Translations under genes and position numbers: made by a program
The notes under the pieces: model-generated
What the model saw: the letters and a program-made list of their open reading frames with translations, nothing else
Databases searched by the model: none
Told to the model about the DNA's origin: nothing
NCBI GenBank assembly: GCA_016748015.1
Contig: JAAOMT010000280.1
Span: forward strand, 81,046-145,045
Length of the DNA stretch: 64,000 bases
Reading direction: 5' to 3'
Source: Geosiphon pyriformis uo1
Taxonomy: Eukaryota; Fungi; Glomeromycota
Part shown: positions 12,778 through 26,517 of the stretch, piece by piece
Position numbering within the stretch: position 1 is the first letter of the stretch
Layout of the letters: the number at the start of each line of letters is the position of its first letter

Positions 12778-13237
12778 AAATTATATTACATGGTTTTTAT
12801 TATTTTGTAAATTAATATTGAATTTTATTTTAATAAAAAAATGTACCATATTAATTATTAATTATTATTATTAAATTATATTACATGGCTTTTATTATTT
12901 TGTAAATTAATATTGAATTTTATTTTAATAAAAAAATGTACCATATTAATTATTAATTATTATTATTAAATTATATTACATGGCTTTTATTATTTTGTAA
13001 ATTAATATTGAATTTTATTTTAATAAAAAAATGTACCATATTAATTATTAATTATTATTATTAAATTATATTACATGGCTTTTATTATTTTGTAAATTAA
13101 TATTGAATTTTATTTTAATAAAAAAATGTACCATATTAATTATTAATTATTATTATTAAATTATATTACATGGCTTTTATTATTTTGTAAATTAATATTG
13201 AATTTTATTTTAATAAAAAAATGTACCATATTAATTA

Positions 13238-13302
<65 letters not shown>
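12778..13302. repeat. 95-bp minisatellite, 5 near-identical copies, running into a (TAT)n microsatellite
   Basis: The unit start TTATATTACATGG recurs at 12781, 12876, 12971, 13066 and 13161. (TAT)n spans ~13242-13302. Confidence 0.95.
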
Positions 13303-14844
13303 CAATTAATAATTTTAATTTTAATTTTAATTACTTTATTTTTTCAATTTTATCTTATTTTATCAATTAAAACTTTGTTAGAATTTGTCTTTTTTATGAA
13401 ATATACCATATACTGTATATAAAGTTTAAAAGAATAATAATTTTCAATTTATAATTTTATAATCGTTTTTAAAAAATATTTTTCAAACATTATATCTGAC
13501 CAATTATTAAAAAAAATTAGAATTCAAGTTAGAATTTTTTTTTTTCAAGAGTTTCATATATTTTTATCACAAGATTCTGACTAAATAATATTTTAAAATA
13601 AAAAATCATAATTTTACTAAAATTATCAATCAATCAATCAATCAATCAATCAATTAGCGATCGAAATTCGTTAAAATCTTTTTTATCACCCTGAATCGCA
13701 TGGTCTAAATTTTGCGAGTAGATATGAAGTTAGAATAAATTAAATTGGTCAAATTAATTACTAATTCATATAATTTTTATTCCCGTATGATTTAGGATGA
13801 CAAAGCTTTATGGATATTTTTGTAAAAAAAAGTTAAATTTCTAAAATTAAAAATTTTGAAAAGCAAAAGGTTAAACACAAACAAAAAAAATTGACCACAA
13901 GTTCTTTGATCAAAGATTTGTTTTGGTAATATAAGCGCACAAAGAGAATAAGAAAAATTGTCCTAAATTTAGAAATAAACCTATTTTTAATTCATTTCTA
14001 ATAATATTTACATATTTTAAAGGTATTAGATTGAAACTTTTATATTTTTAGAATCATTCAGCCAAATTGTTTCAGAATATTTTAAAAGAACAAGGAAATT
14101 TTCAAGGTTTTTTCAAATTTCTAAGTAAAATTATTTCTTAAAAAGATCAGTTTTAAAACGGTTTAACATTTTCCCAATTTTTGGAATACTGAATCTATGA
14201 TAATCACACACAGCAAAATGGGGAATATATATGCTCAGATGTCCATATTTGTTCAAGTTCAATTAGTTCAAATAAATAACAATCTGTGACATGTTACATG
14301 TATTTTTTAAAAGCGAGTTATTTCCTTAACTAGACTAACAAAATGTGTCACCATGCCAAGGAATCGTACTCTTAAACGAATTATTTAAAATATCCGAGAA
14401 AAAGCATTATTTCAAATCAGTTAATTATCGTTATTCATAAAGAATGACAAAAATCATAGAAGCTTTCCTTTTACTTTACTTTACTTTACTATACCATACT
14501 ACACTACATCTACACCTACACCTTTTATACCTTTTATACCTTTTATACCTTTTATTCCTTCACAAACTGATGCAGGAGGGACCTTTTAATTAATTACATG
14601 TATCAGAGAGTATCATTTTTAAAAAGTAATAACCATAGGCGAGAAAAATTAAATGACAAACTCAAACTAGCTAGCTAGCTAGCTAGCTAGCAGGCAAGCA
14701 AAAAATTACCATAGAATAAAAATCACCAAATCTCAATTTTGATCAATCTCCAAATGTAAATAGAAAACTCTGTGGGTGCATGTGTGTGTAAGAGAAGGAA
14801 AGAGGAATATAGTAAATATTGATTCGAATAAAAATAAATTTCAA

Positions 14845-14885
<41 letters not shown>

Positions 14886-15132
14886 ATCTTACGGTTAGCA
14901 TCCTTAAGATTTTTTTGCGGGACCGTTATTTGGTATAAATACAGGTAAACTCCTCGAGATTTCCCGGAAAAGAATTAAAATTGCTTAATTCTTTTTCTCG
15001 CATTTTAACGAAAAAAATTAAAAAAATTAAAATTTCTTTTGAAAACCTCTTTTTCCCCAAATACTAGAGTTCCAAAAGAATTAAAGAACCAGCAATTATT
15101 TATTTTATTTGTTGTTTGTTTGCTTGTTCACC

Positions 15133-15518
15133 ATGACTAAATCTCTTACTTCCACTTGGACTAAATTCGTCATCTTGTGTCTCATTGTCTTGGCCATGTT
15201 TACAAATGTTGGGTTGAGTTGGGGAAGACGTATGTATTATAGTATTTTTTTTCTTTTTCTTTTTCTTTTCTTTTTAAAGTTTTTGAAGTTGATGAGTCAC
15301 CGAAAACTAATCTGAAAAAAATATTTACAATATTTTAATTTTAAATAGTTAACTGTGGATCACAAGTGATTGGGTGTTTTGAAGGCTGCAAAAGTGATGA
15401 GAAATGCTTTTATGCCCAGAATCAATACGGATGTTATTACGCGTTTTGTGCTAATCCTAATAATTTCGGTCCTGATTGTAGAGATAGTCAGGGAAACCAA
15501 GTCAAGCTATTACCTTAA
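15133..15518 (+). CDS. Secreted cysteine-rich peptide 4 (88 aa; six-Cys core plus one extra Cys), 2 exons
   Basis: Exons 15133-15229 and 15349-15518 (GTATGT...TAG, phase 1). Translation: MTKSLTSTWTKFVILCLIVLAMFTNVGLS-WGRLNCGSQVIGCFEGCKSDEKCFYAQNQYGCYYAFCANPNNFGPDCRDSQGNQVKLLP*. TATAAATA at ~14933. Paralogous to genes 5 and 6. Confidence 0.9.
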
Positions 15519-16196
15519 AATAGTCAAGAATTATCATTTAAATTAGATAAGAAATTGTTAAAGAAATCTATTCTATGTATATTCAAAGTTTAATTAGTTT
15601 TAAAATAAGATAATTTCAATAAAATTATTCAAATATTATGAAAGCTACAATTTACAAATTCTGATATTTCTGAACATATAGCTAGCTAGCTAGCTGGCTT
15701 GCTTGCTTGGTTATTTATTTATTTATTTATTTGTTTGGTTATTTATTTATTTATAAAAATTCAACTTGGTTTGAATTGTAATTTATGAAAAAATCCAAAA
15801 TTTTAATTCACCACTCAAAGATATTATTAAAATAAATTATAGTTTTTAATTAAATCTCATCATTTTTAAAGATTAACACTAATTTTTCGTAAAGTTCAAT
15901 TTGATTTTGTGAAAATCTCCATTATTTCATTAGGTTACATGAAAATGTTTCTGGTCTTTTTTCATTTAATTTAATTTTATAATATTCGATGTGAATTATG
16001 GAATGTACCATAGTCTCATATAATTAGGAAATGATTCAGACATAAAAATATGTAACTTAAAGGTTTCCCTCTTTTTCTTTATTTAATTTTTATGAAAATT
16101 AATAAATTATTCAATAAAAGTTAGAAATGTTTGTTATTTTTTTAATATAAAAGATTTCATTTAATTTATTTCTCAAAGTCTGAGAGTTGGTTAACA

Positions 16197-16318
16197 CTGG
16201 AATAAATTAAAAATCTGACCAAATTAAAATCGACATCTGGTCCAAAATGAAATTTTAATTTGGCTCAGCCCAGATTAATATAGGTAATCAAAATTAGATT
16301 TTATCTTAACTATTAATA
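16197..16318 (+). repeat. Left terminal inverted repeat
   Basis: Reverse complement of 46152-46280 with scattered mismatches and a 7-nt indel. Confidence 0.85.
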
Positions 16319-16879
16319 TCTCGAATTTGTAATATAATATTATCATAAAATAACTATTTACCTTTTAAACTCATGTCTGTCTATTATAAATAGATAATAA
16401 TTAAGATTTAATATCAAGTTAATATTATATAATATTAATTTAATTGGTTAAAATCATACATTTTATGCTAATTTTTGTAATACAAATATTTTCATGTTAC
16501 ATTTATTCTTATAATTTTATTCTTTTCATTTTTAAAAATAACTTTTAAATAAATTCAATTTATTTCTTTTGAAAAATTTAATGTTATTCTAAAAAAAAAA
16601 TTATTTTTAAATATTATTATGATTTGAAATTTTTAATAATTTTGAAAATTTTCTTTTTATATTAATTTGTTATTTGGTTAAAAATATGGTTTAATAATAG
16701 TTTTAAAAAATTAATTGTTTATTGACTTAATTTAAAATATATGTTAAATATTTATTTAATCAGATATTAATTTTAAATTGTTATTAATTTTAGATTTTTA
16801 AAGATTTAAATTAATAAGTAAAATTTAATAATAATGTTTTAAACAAAAAATTATTAAAAGTTCTTTTTTTCTTATATTT

Positions 16880-18300
16880 TTATAATTATATTCAAAACAA
16901 AAACTAAAAAAAAACATAACTTATTTTTTTTATTGTTTTTAACAGTTTTAATACTTTAAAAGCTTTTAGAAATAGTTAAACAATATTTCTCTAAAGTGTT
17001 TATTTTAAGTAATAAAAACATAAAACAGTTTTTTAACTGCTAATAAAACACTTTTTTGATTTTAAATAAAAATTTATTATTATTTAAAGTTCTTTTTAAG
17101 TAATTAATTAAAACCAATTTTAATATAATTATTGCTAATATAAAAACTTTTAATAATTTTTTTTGTTATTGCTTAAATAATTAAAAAATCCAAAAAACAA
17201 TTCATTTTTTTTAAAAATACTATTATTAATTTTTTTTAAATATTAATAAAAAATATTTTTTCTAATGTTTTTTAAATTATTATTTTTTAATTAAACTCTT
17301 TTTTTTTTCTTATAAAAATAAAAACATTGATTTTTTTTGGTTTTTTTAATATTTTTATTAATACTATTACAACTATATTAATTATAATATTTAATTTTAT
17401 TTTAACTGTAACAATATTTTTTTAAAATAATAATAACAATAATATATTTTTCAAAATTAATTTGAATTAATATATAATTAAATTACTTAATATGTTAAAT
17501 TTTGTTTAATTTTTACTGGTTTTAAAAACAAAAAAAATTATGTTTTTACATATAATTTTTATTAATTAATTTATAAATTACTTAATCTTAAAAATTAAAC
17601 TAATAAAATAAAAACTAAAACATTTTTTTGGTTTTTTAAAAACATTATTGGTTTTAGTAATATATAAAAAATAATTACAAATTATTAAAAAACTTTTATA
17701 TAAATAAACTATTAAAATTAAGTTGGTTTATATTATATTGTATTTTAGTTTTTATATAAATTTATTGGTTTAAAATTAATTATTAAAAACAAATTTAAGT
17801 TTTTAATATAAAATTTATATTTTATATTTTTTTAAATACTACTATTAAAATTAAATTGGCTGAATTATTATTTTTAAAATTATAAAATATTTTGTAATTT
17901 TTGTTTTTGTTTTATTCTTATTGTTATAATTTTGTATAATATTTTCTTAAATATTTTTTTAATATAAATAAAAATACTTTTAATGTTTTTGGTAAAATTT
18001 TTGATATTGAATTAAAATTTCTTGGTTTATAATAATATGTTATTGTGTATTTTAAGTATTTTAAAACTATTAAAACTATTGCTTTTTATTATTATTAAAT
18101 TATTAAAAATTTTTTAATTTGTAATACCAAATATTATTTAAAATTTTAGATAATTAAATTGTTATAATTAATTTAAAAAACAAATTTGTAATATTATTAA
18201 TTTAATAGCTAATATATGCAAAAGTTTTTGTTAATTTTTTTTTAAATTTATTAAAAAATATAATCCAACTATTGTCTAATAAGAAACAATTCTAGTATTA
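16880..18300 (+). mobile_element. Extremely decayed LINE-ORF1-like (gag-like) element, copy 1
   Basis: Colinear by eye with the better preserved copy at 28510-30750 (KTKTKKK start, W-A-D-Q-M-E-like block, IKIKLV block). Nearly all C and G lost; boundaries approximate. Confidence 0.5.
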
Positions 18301-19212
18301 ATTTCTTAAATAATAAATAAATAAATATAATTTTTATTTTTATTAATATACAAAATAATTAAAAAATAATTAAATTATTATTTTAATTAAAATAATAATT
18401 ATATAATAAAACTTATTTTTTATTATTTATTTATATAAATAAATATATAATTTTATTTTTTACAATATTAATACACAAAATAAATAAATAAATTATTAAA
18501 CAATTATTGATTTTTTTCTTTTTCTTTTTTTAATTACAAATAAAATAAAAAATAAAAAAAAACAATTTTTAGTTTTTTTATTATTTTTAATAATACAACT
18601 ACTTTTAATTATAAAGTAGCTAAATAATGCTTTATAAAAACATTTTTTTAAATAATAAAAAACTTAAGCAGTTTTTAGTTAAAAATATTTTTTAAATTAA
18701 TATACCAAAAAAATTTTAATATAATTATTATTATTACTTTTTTTTTTACTGTTTAAATAACTAAAAAACAAAAACAGTAAAAAAACATTTTTATTTTTAT
18801 TTTTTAAAGTACTTTTTTTAACTTAAAATTTGTCACTTTTTTTTAAAAAATAAAACATTGATTTTTTTAATGTTTTTATTAATTTTGGTTATAAAAAACA
18901 GATGTTTTTTTATTGTAAACAATAATAACAATAACAAATTTGCCAAAGCTAATTTAAATTATTATGTTTAATTTATTAAATTCTAATTAATTATTATTAA
19001 TTTTAAAACAAAACATATTGGGTTTTTATATATAAATTTAATTAATTAAATTATTAAATTATTAATTACAAAAATCAGACCAAATAAAATAAAAACTAAT
19101 GTATTTTTTTGTTTTTTGAAAATATTATTGGTTTTAATAGTATTTAAAAAATAATTACTAATTATTTAAAATTTTCTAAATAAGTAATTTCTATTTTGGT
19201 ATTTAATATTAC

Positions 19213-19877
19213 TATTATGATTAAAACTCATAGTTTTTATTAGTTATCATATGTATTAGTCACTGATGTCATATAATTAGCCACTCTATTTTTAAATAGT
19301 GATCAATGATCTGACTGTTGACCTAATCATTGACCTGATCATTGATTATTTTTGATAGCTATATAAGTAATGAATTTTTTAGCTGTAGAAAAGCATATAA
19401 TAACAAGCATCTGAATAATTAAGAATAAATAAAATAACAACTTTTATCTCAATTCTTCTCTTATTGCTAATTTCCCTTTCCCTATTTTCAAGTATCTGAA
19501 CATCTTAAAGATAAAAAATTACTTGTTGGTCTTTTCCTGATGTATATAATTGTAACATTTGAAGATTATTTGAATAAACATGACTGAAAAGCACAAGTTG
19601 ATACCTGATATTGAATTCTAAGAACACTGACATGAGACATAAAATTATACCAGTGGTAATTAATTGTTGACAGTATGGACTATCTCTCTACCTTTAGATT
19701 CCCCAGTTATCTTTAAAAAGAATAGCGACTGAGATATTTTATGAGACTGATCTCACACATTGAATCCATACTCATTCAATTCACTCTTTAAAGTTGAATT
19801 CCCCTTTGATTATTTCTATCATCCTACAATCTTGTTCTCTCTTGCTATCTATTAGCTTGTTACTTTAACCTGTAACA
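19213..19877 (+). repeat. 5' LTR of Gypsy A
   Basis: Direct repeat of 27144-27881. Ends TGTAACA; the initial TG has mutated to TA. Confidence 0.95.
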
Positions 19878-19899
19878 TAAAAGTGGTGCTCTTTGTGAA

Positions 19900-22800
19900 G
19901 TTGTCAAAATTCACTTATTTCCTCATTGTATGGGTGATTATTTATACTTGTTACAGCAATCAGAAAAACACTTTGCAGTACACAACAGAAATGATCTAGA
20001 GTTTATTGAACTCAATCTTCTGCCCTTTTGCTTGATCTGTTTTCCTGTTGAAAAACAATTCAATAGACAATTCCAAAACTTTTAGAACTGGTTTCTGAAC
20101 AAGTATTCAGCTGAAACCTACACAGCTTATACCATCTATTACTTTGATCAAGCTTATTTTGAAGACAATTTTGAAGAAAGAAATACCAGAATCAATCAGC
20201 TCTTATACTCCACAACTTTTGAACAACAGCCCTCTGATTTCGAATATCTGAATCACCAAATCCATATTTGGATTGCTGCTTACCAACTAGTTGAAAATCC
20301 CTTTGAAATAGAAGAAAAAAGTTACCAAACTGCCCTTATTTTTGATATTTTCTCAAATGAATCAGAGCACTCTACACAAACAGTAACTCCTGAACCAATG
20401 ACCCAAGATCCAATACAAGCAAACATCCTGGCCGCTCTCCAAGACATACAAACTGCTTTGAAACAAAGAAACAACACTCCACTATTATTATTCAGAGACA
20501 ATGCACAAGATCCAATTGAATGGTTGGATGACTTTGAAAAAGCTGCTACAGCCAACCAATATGATGATGAATACAAGTTTCAAATTGTTGGTAGCTATCT
20601 CCAAGGCTTTCCTGCTACCTGGTTCTCACAGGAAACTGATGCTAATGCTTATCAAAAAATCATTAGATGGATGCCAGCAAATGCCAGAGAAAACAACATC
20701 TCTTTTACAACCCAGTTTGAAAACAAGTTCAGAATTCCAATCTTGATATTCAAGTGGCACATGGAATTAGAAAAAAAAACTCAAGGCTCTGGTGAAATTG
20801 TAACTGAATATGCTAAAGCAATCAGAAAGTTAATTAAGTGTGTAGACTCTGAAAGAAATTGGACAGAAGAGCAAAAGATTCATTCTTTCACAAAAGGATT
20901 GAGAACCGATTTATCTTATGCTCTTTGGTCTCTTTTGGCCTTGAAAGACAATCCTACAATGGACATGGCCATTGAACTTGCCCAATGAATTAAAAACAAC
21001 CAAAGAATACATTTGGGATCTACACTTCCAGTTTTTGCTCCTGTTCCTGTCATGGCTTCTGCCTCTCAAATGGCTGCTGCCTCTTTTTCTGCCCAAACTC
21101 AAAATCCAAATAAACAATTAATTAATAGACTCACAGCCAATTTTGCCCAGTTATTAGAACCTTTGGCACAAGCAGTTAGAGATAACCAACAACCACAAAG
21201 ACCCAGATATGAATCATGTTTTAATCAGCCCTAACAACCTCCTTATCAAAGACAGCAAAATTATGGTCCTTCTGTATGTTATAGATGTGGATTAACTGGA
21301 CATTTCTCAAAAGATTGCAACAATCCTCTTTTACCTCCTTCAGTCCCCAGAAATAATGACAATCAAAACAATAGACTCATCAACAATAATGCTTCCAATC
21401 AAAGACCCAACCATGCCAACATCAATTTCTTTGGAGAGGATCTTCTAGTTGAAGCCACAGTCTATCAGTCTTTAAACTGGTAGGCATATTTCCAAAGGGT
21501 AAGAGTACAAGCCAACCAAAAGAACACCCCTTTTTCACTTTTAACTTAACTAATGATGACTATGACATAGATGAATTAGCAATTAACACTTCTGAATCAA
21601 CCAAAAAAAAGAAGAAAGCCAAGATTGATTTCGTTCTAGATCCCAACAAATCCTCAACTTCTACTGCTGATAACAATGAGCCACCAAAAGCCAAAGTTTT
21701 TAAGAACCCTCCAAAGTTAAAACCCCCAAAAATTGTACAAAAATCTGAATCCTATTCTGTTGTTAAAGATCTCATGAAAACCCTAGTACACATTACCTTT
21801 GGCCAGTTAATAACCCATCCACAGTTCAGAAAAGATCTCCACAAATCTTTAATTCCCAAAAAGAAAATACCAAAGACCAATAAATGTCCTCACTAAGCTG
21901 AACTTGCTGACAACAGCAATGTCACTCCTCTAATTTGCAAAGCACAAGTGGCTGGTTACTTTATTGACTTAATCCTAGACAGTGTTACCGGAGGTTTTTG
22001 GTCTCTTTTCTTAAATGTTGTTGATGCTTGTTTGCTGTTTTATTCACGACTAGAGGAAGTAGTTGAACCTTCGATAACTGAATTTATCTTCAAATTATCT
22101 CCTATAATTTGAACCGCTGGGCTTATAAGTGGAATGGCCAATTCCGTGCCAGTTACTTTATGTAGTTACGTTGTAGTAAACGTCAACTCTTTCCCAGGAA
22201 TTGCTCGTCTGGAAGCTCACTAAAAATGTGTAGTTACTTTGCTGTGAAAGTCAACTCTTCTACAGGAATCTCGTCTGTAGGCTACCCAAATGATTATGAT
22301 AAGAAAAGAAAGAGAAAAATAAAAGAAACGTAAAGAAATAGAATTTTATCAAGGAAAACGTTTTCTATCCAGGCCTGGAGTCACTAACAGATTACTGAAA
22401 TTGGTAGCTAATCAATTTCAAAATGTTAGTTGTGTTGAGGGAATTTCAAGTGTAATAATTTTAAGGATTTGGTTTTCGAATATTTTAATTTTTATTTGAT
22501 TTTGTAAAAGGTGATTTGTTCCAATTAAGATATTTGAAGTAAGTTACTATGATAAGATACTATGTTAAGATATGAGAAGATATATTTTCTTGAAGAGAGA
22601 AGCTCTTCTTTTATACAACTTGTTGTAATACTAGTCTTTGAACTTGCACTTTTTCTCTTTTCTAGAATTTCGGTGAACTAAAGATACATTTCGGCAAACT
22701 ACAAGTTATTTCACTGAACTATGAATTATTTCGGCCAATTTTCATTAATTTCGGCGAATTTTGGCTATGTTATATGGTTCAGAGTATTGTGTAAATTGAT

Positions 22801-25800
22801 CATCTCAATTTCTATGGTCCAAATCGGGTTATTGATTAAATGATGATAATTGCTAATTTGATTAAATAATAAGTGAAATTCGAAACAATAATAATATATG
22901 CTAATTAATGATAGGAATTATAAGAGAAATTTCATGCTAATTAATAGCTAAAATTCTACTGGTAACAACAGTGAATCATCTGTTAGTGTAATTGCCAAAC
23001 ACTTCCTTGAAGCAATTGGTAGAAAAATTGATGAGCCTTCCACCCGACCAATGACCAACGTACATGGTGACAAGAAGAAAAGTCTGGGCATTGCCAAAGT
23101 TATTCCTGTCTGCATCAATGACATCAGTATTGAAACTGACATGAAAGTTTCTGAAGCTAAAGAATACACTATCATTGTTGGCAATGAGTGGTTCAAGAAA
23201 GCAAAAGTCTTACTCGACTATGAATTTTGTGAGCTAACCATAAGATGTGGTGAAAAACCCATTGTGGTTAAATGTTGCCATTGGACAACTCCTCCAGCAA
23301 CCAAACAAAATCAAAAAGATGAACAATCAGAGGAATCAGATGATGAAGAGAGTGATGAAGAAGATGAACAAAAAGAACAAAAAAAAACTGCTGAACTCAT
23401 CTACACCACATTCACCAACAATGGCAAGCCATTAGACAATATTAAAGCTGATAGAGAGGAAATCATTGTAAATGGCAAGCTGATCTGCTGGTCTTACTAT
23501 GATATTCTAAGAAGAACCTTTGACCAAAAGCCTGGTAAGAAAGCCAAATACAGTTATTAGTGACATGGCCCTTGTGCTCAGTGCTGGTGCAATAAACTTT
23601 TGTATTTTCTAAGTAATAAATGCAAATTATGCCTGATTTATTACAAAGATTGGGAACCAATTAGCCTAATACCAAGAGATGAATTAAAAGAAGTACAGAA
23701 GTCCTTTGAGAATAAACCACCTGAGATTCAATTATTAGTAATAAAACAAAGAGAACCCTCCCCAGAAGAAAGAAAAATAGACATTGAAAATCTGTTGGCA
23801 AGAAACAGCTCAGTTATTTCCAAAGAAAGTGATACCCCAGGACAAACCCATGTGATACAACACACCATCACCACCAGAGAAACTTGCCCCATCCATTTGA
23901 AGCCTTACCAATCCAATTGTCAAAATAATGAGTTCATCAAGAAAAAAATAAACCAGATGAAAGAACTTGGATTCATACAAGAAACCAAGAATGAATGGGC
24001 TTTCCCAGTTGTAGTGATATCCAAGAAAGATGAAACTCTACACTTCTGTGTTAACTACTGCCAATTAAATGCCATTACTGAAAGAGACATATACCCACTT
24101 CCCAAGATTGATGCAATGCTGGACCAATTCAAAGATGCTGCTTTCTTTTCAACCATTGATCTAACTGCTGGATTCTGGCAAGTAGAGATGGATCCAGAAA
24201 GCCAGAAAAAAACCGCCTTCATTATCAAGTATGGCACCTATGAATTCACAGTCATGCTTTTTGGTCTTACCAATATCCCTTCCACCTATCAACACTTAAT
24301 AGATAAAGTATTTGAATCAGTAAAAAAAAACTTTGTTCTGGTCTATCTGGACAATATAATGGTGTACTCAAAAACCTGGGATGAACACCTTGAACATTTG
24401 CAAAAGGTTTTTGATCTTCTTAGAAATACAGGTCTTTCTTTGGAAGACAATCCACCCAATTCCTTGGCCATCTTATTACAAAAGATGGAATCTTCTCTGA
24501 TTCAGCCAAAGTGGAAAAAGTTCAGAACATAAAACAACCAATGAATGTTTATGAGTTACATTCTTTCTTTGGTTTGGCCTCCTATTATCACAAATTTGTT
24601 AAGGATTTCTCCAAAATTGCCTCTTCACTCAATCAGCTACTCAGGAAAAATATCAACTACCATTGGGGCACACATCAGCAGAAAGCATTTGAAACTCTTA
24701 AAGAAAAATTGGTTACAGAATCTATTCTCAAGCAACCTGATCTGGATCAACTTTTCATCCTTCACACTGATACATCTGGCTATGGACTTGGTGCTGTTTT
24801 CTCACAAAAAGATGAAGATAGCAGGGAACATGCAATAGTCTATACCAGTAGAACCCTTACACCAGCAGAAAAGAACTATTCAGTTACTGAGCAGAAATGC
24901 TTAGCAGTAGTTTGGGCTACCAGCTACTGGGATAAGTATCTTCTTGACATGAAGTTTTTGGTGATAACAGATTACCAAGCTTTGGTTTGGCTGCACAACA
25001 AAAAAAAGCTAGAACATAAATGGATAGTCTGCTGGATACTCCACTTGAATGAATTTGACTATAATATTCAACACCGTAAAGGAGCTAATCATCAAAATGC
25101 CGATGCTCTCTTCAGACTTACCACCAAGTGACAGTACAATCTCCCAAACCAAACCAACCTAATTATTAGTAATTCTCTTACAACCAAACATGATAATGGA
25201 CTTGGACAACTACTCTGCCTTAATAGAATTTTTGGGTAAAGGACAATACTCACCAAAATACACTCAACAGCAAAGAGAACATTTGCCCAAACAATCAAAT
25301 TTTTATTTGATCTGCCAGAACCAATTATACAAAAGAAATAGAAAAGATCTTGACTGTCCTCAGAGAGTCATAAGATTTGAAAAAAGAGAAATTGTGATCT
25401 ACAACATGCACACTGATCCATTAGCCAGACACTTTGAAAAAACAAAAACAATTCAGAAAACTCTAGCTCGCTATTATTGGTCTACCTTGGAAAAAAACAT
25501 TGCTAAGTACATCAAAACCTGTGATACCTGCCAAAAAAGAGGAAAACCCAATTACAAAGAAAACATTCATTCAATCTTTGTTGGCCAACTCTTTGACAGA
25601 ATTGGTATAGATGTTGTTGGACCATTAACAGTAACTCCTAATGGCAACAGATACATTATCACAGCTACTGACTATCTTATAAAGTGGGTAAAAGCAAGAG
25701 CCACCCCAGATCAAACAGCAGTTTCCATTGCTAATTTTATTTATGAAGATATCATTTATTGCCATGACTGCTTCAAAGAACTTTTATCTGATAGAAGAAG

Positions 25801-26440
25801 AGCTTTTCTCAGTACACTTGTTGAAGAACTTTGCAGAAAAATGGGAATATGTCACAAACTTTCCTCCCCTTATTACCCCCAAACAAATGGCCTAGTGAAA
25901 CGTTTCAATAGAACACTGTGTGAAACCTTAGCCAAAACAAGTAAAGAAACAAACTTATAAGACAAAGTACTGCCTTCAACTTTGTTTTCTTATAGAACTG
26001 TAAATCATAACATAACAAGTTATGAACCCTTTTTCCTGCTCTATGGACAAATGGCAACACTACTAATAGAAACTGATATTAAGACAATACTCTTTAAAGA
26101 AATCACAATAGAAAATTACAAAGACATTTTACAAAAAAGACTGGGTACCATTTTTGACTTCTTAGTAGAAGCATAAATAATTGCTTTTGAAAAGATAAAA
26201 CAGTTTTAAGAAAAGCTTAAGAAAAAAAAAACCTATAAAACACTTTCTTTAAACATTGGTGATGTCTATGATGATAAATTTTCTAGCTGATGGAAAGGAT
26301 CTTTTATAGTCAACAAAGTTCTGAACAATGGTTCTTATATTCTTCAAGATCAATCTGGAACAATCTTTAATAATTGTTCTGTTCATGGCACACGACTCAA
26401 AAAATATTACAAACGATCTGATTGGTTACCTGTTGTAATA
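19900..26440 (+). pseudogene. gag-pol of Gypsy A (fragmented)
   Basis: Gag capsid-like DPIEWLDDFEKAA, zinc knuckle CYRCGLTGHFSKDC (~21277), protease ILDS(E)SS, RT (YPLPKID, IDLTAGFWQV, YLDN), RNase H (LHTDTSGYGLGAV), integrase (CDTCQK, IGIDVVGP, YPQTNGLV). Many stops and frameshifts. Confidence 0.95.
21983..22967 (-). mobile_element. Solo LTR (985 bp) of a different family inserted in the Gypsy A protease
   Basis: TGTTACC...GGTAACA termini and 4-bp TSD ACAG. Non-coding, CpGs retained. A related fragment lies at 52592-52793 in the opposite orientation. The strand is tentative. Confidence 0.85.
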
Positions 26441-26517
26441 ATACCAATTCAAATGATCAGCAAAAATCAGATATAAATAAATCCACCACTCCCAAAACAG
26501 AGGTATCTTCAATCAAC

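Noticed and set aside
12778-13240. Regular repeat as a possible CRISPR array
   Set aside because: The units are contiguous with no unique spacers, there are no cas genes, and the context is eukaryotic.
13198-13422. Poly-tyrosine ORF
   Set aside because: It is a translation of the (TAT)n microsatellite.
14968-14995. 11-bp A/T-rich stem-loop downstream of the gene 4 TATA box
   Set aside because: Such stems are common by chance at this AT content.
15109-15315. Unspliced 68-aa ORF from the track
   Set aside because: It reads through the GTATGT donor into the intron; the spliced model 15133-15518 is supported by two paralogues.
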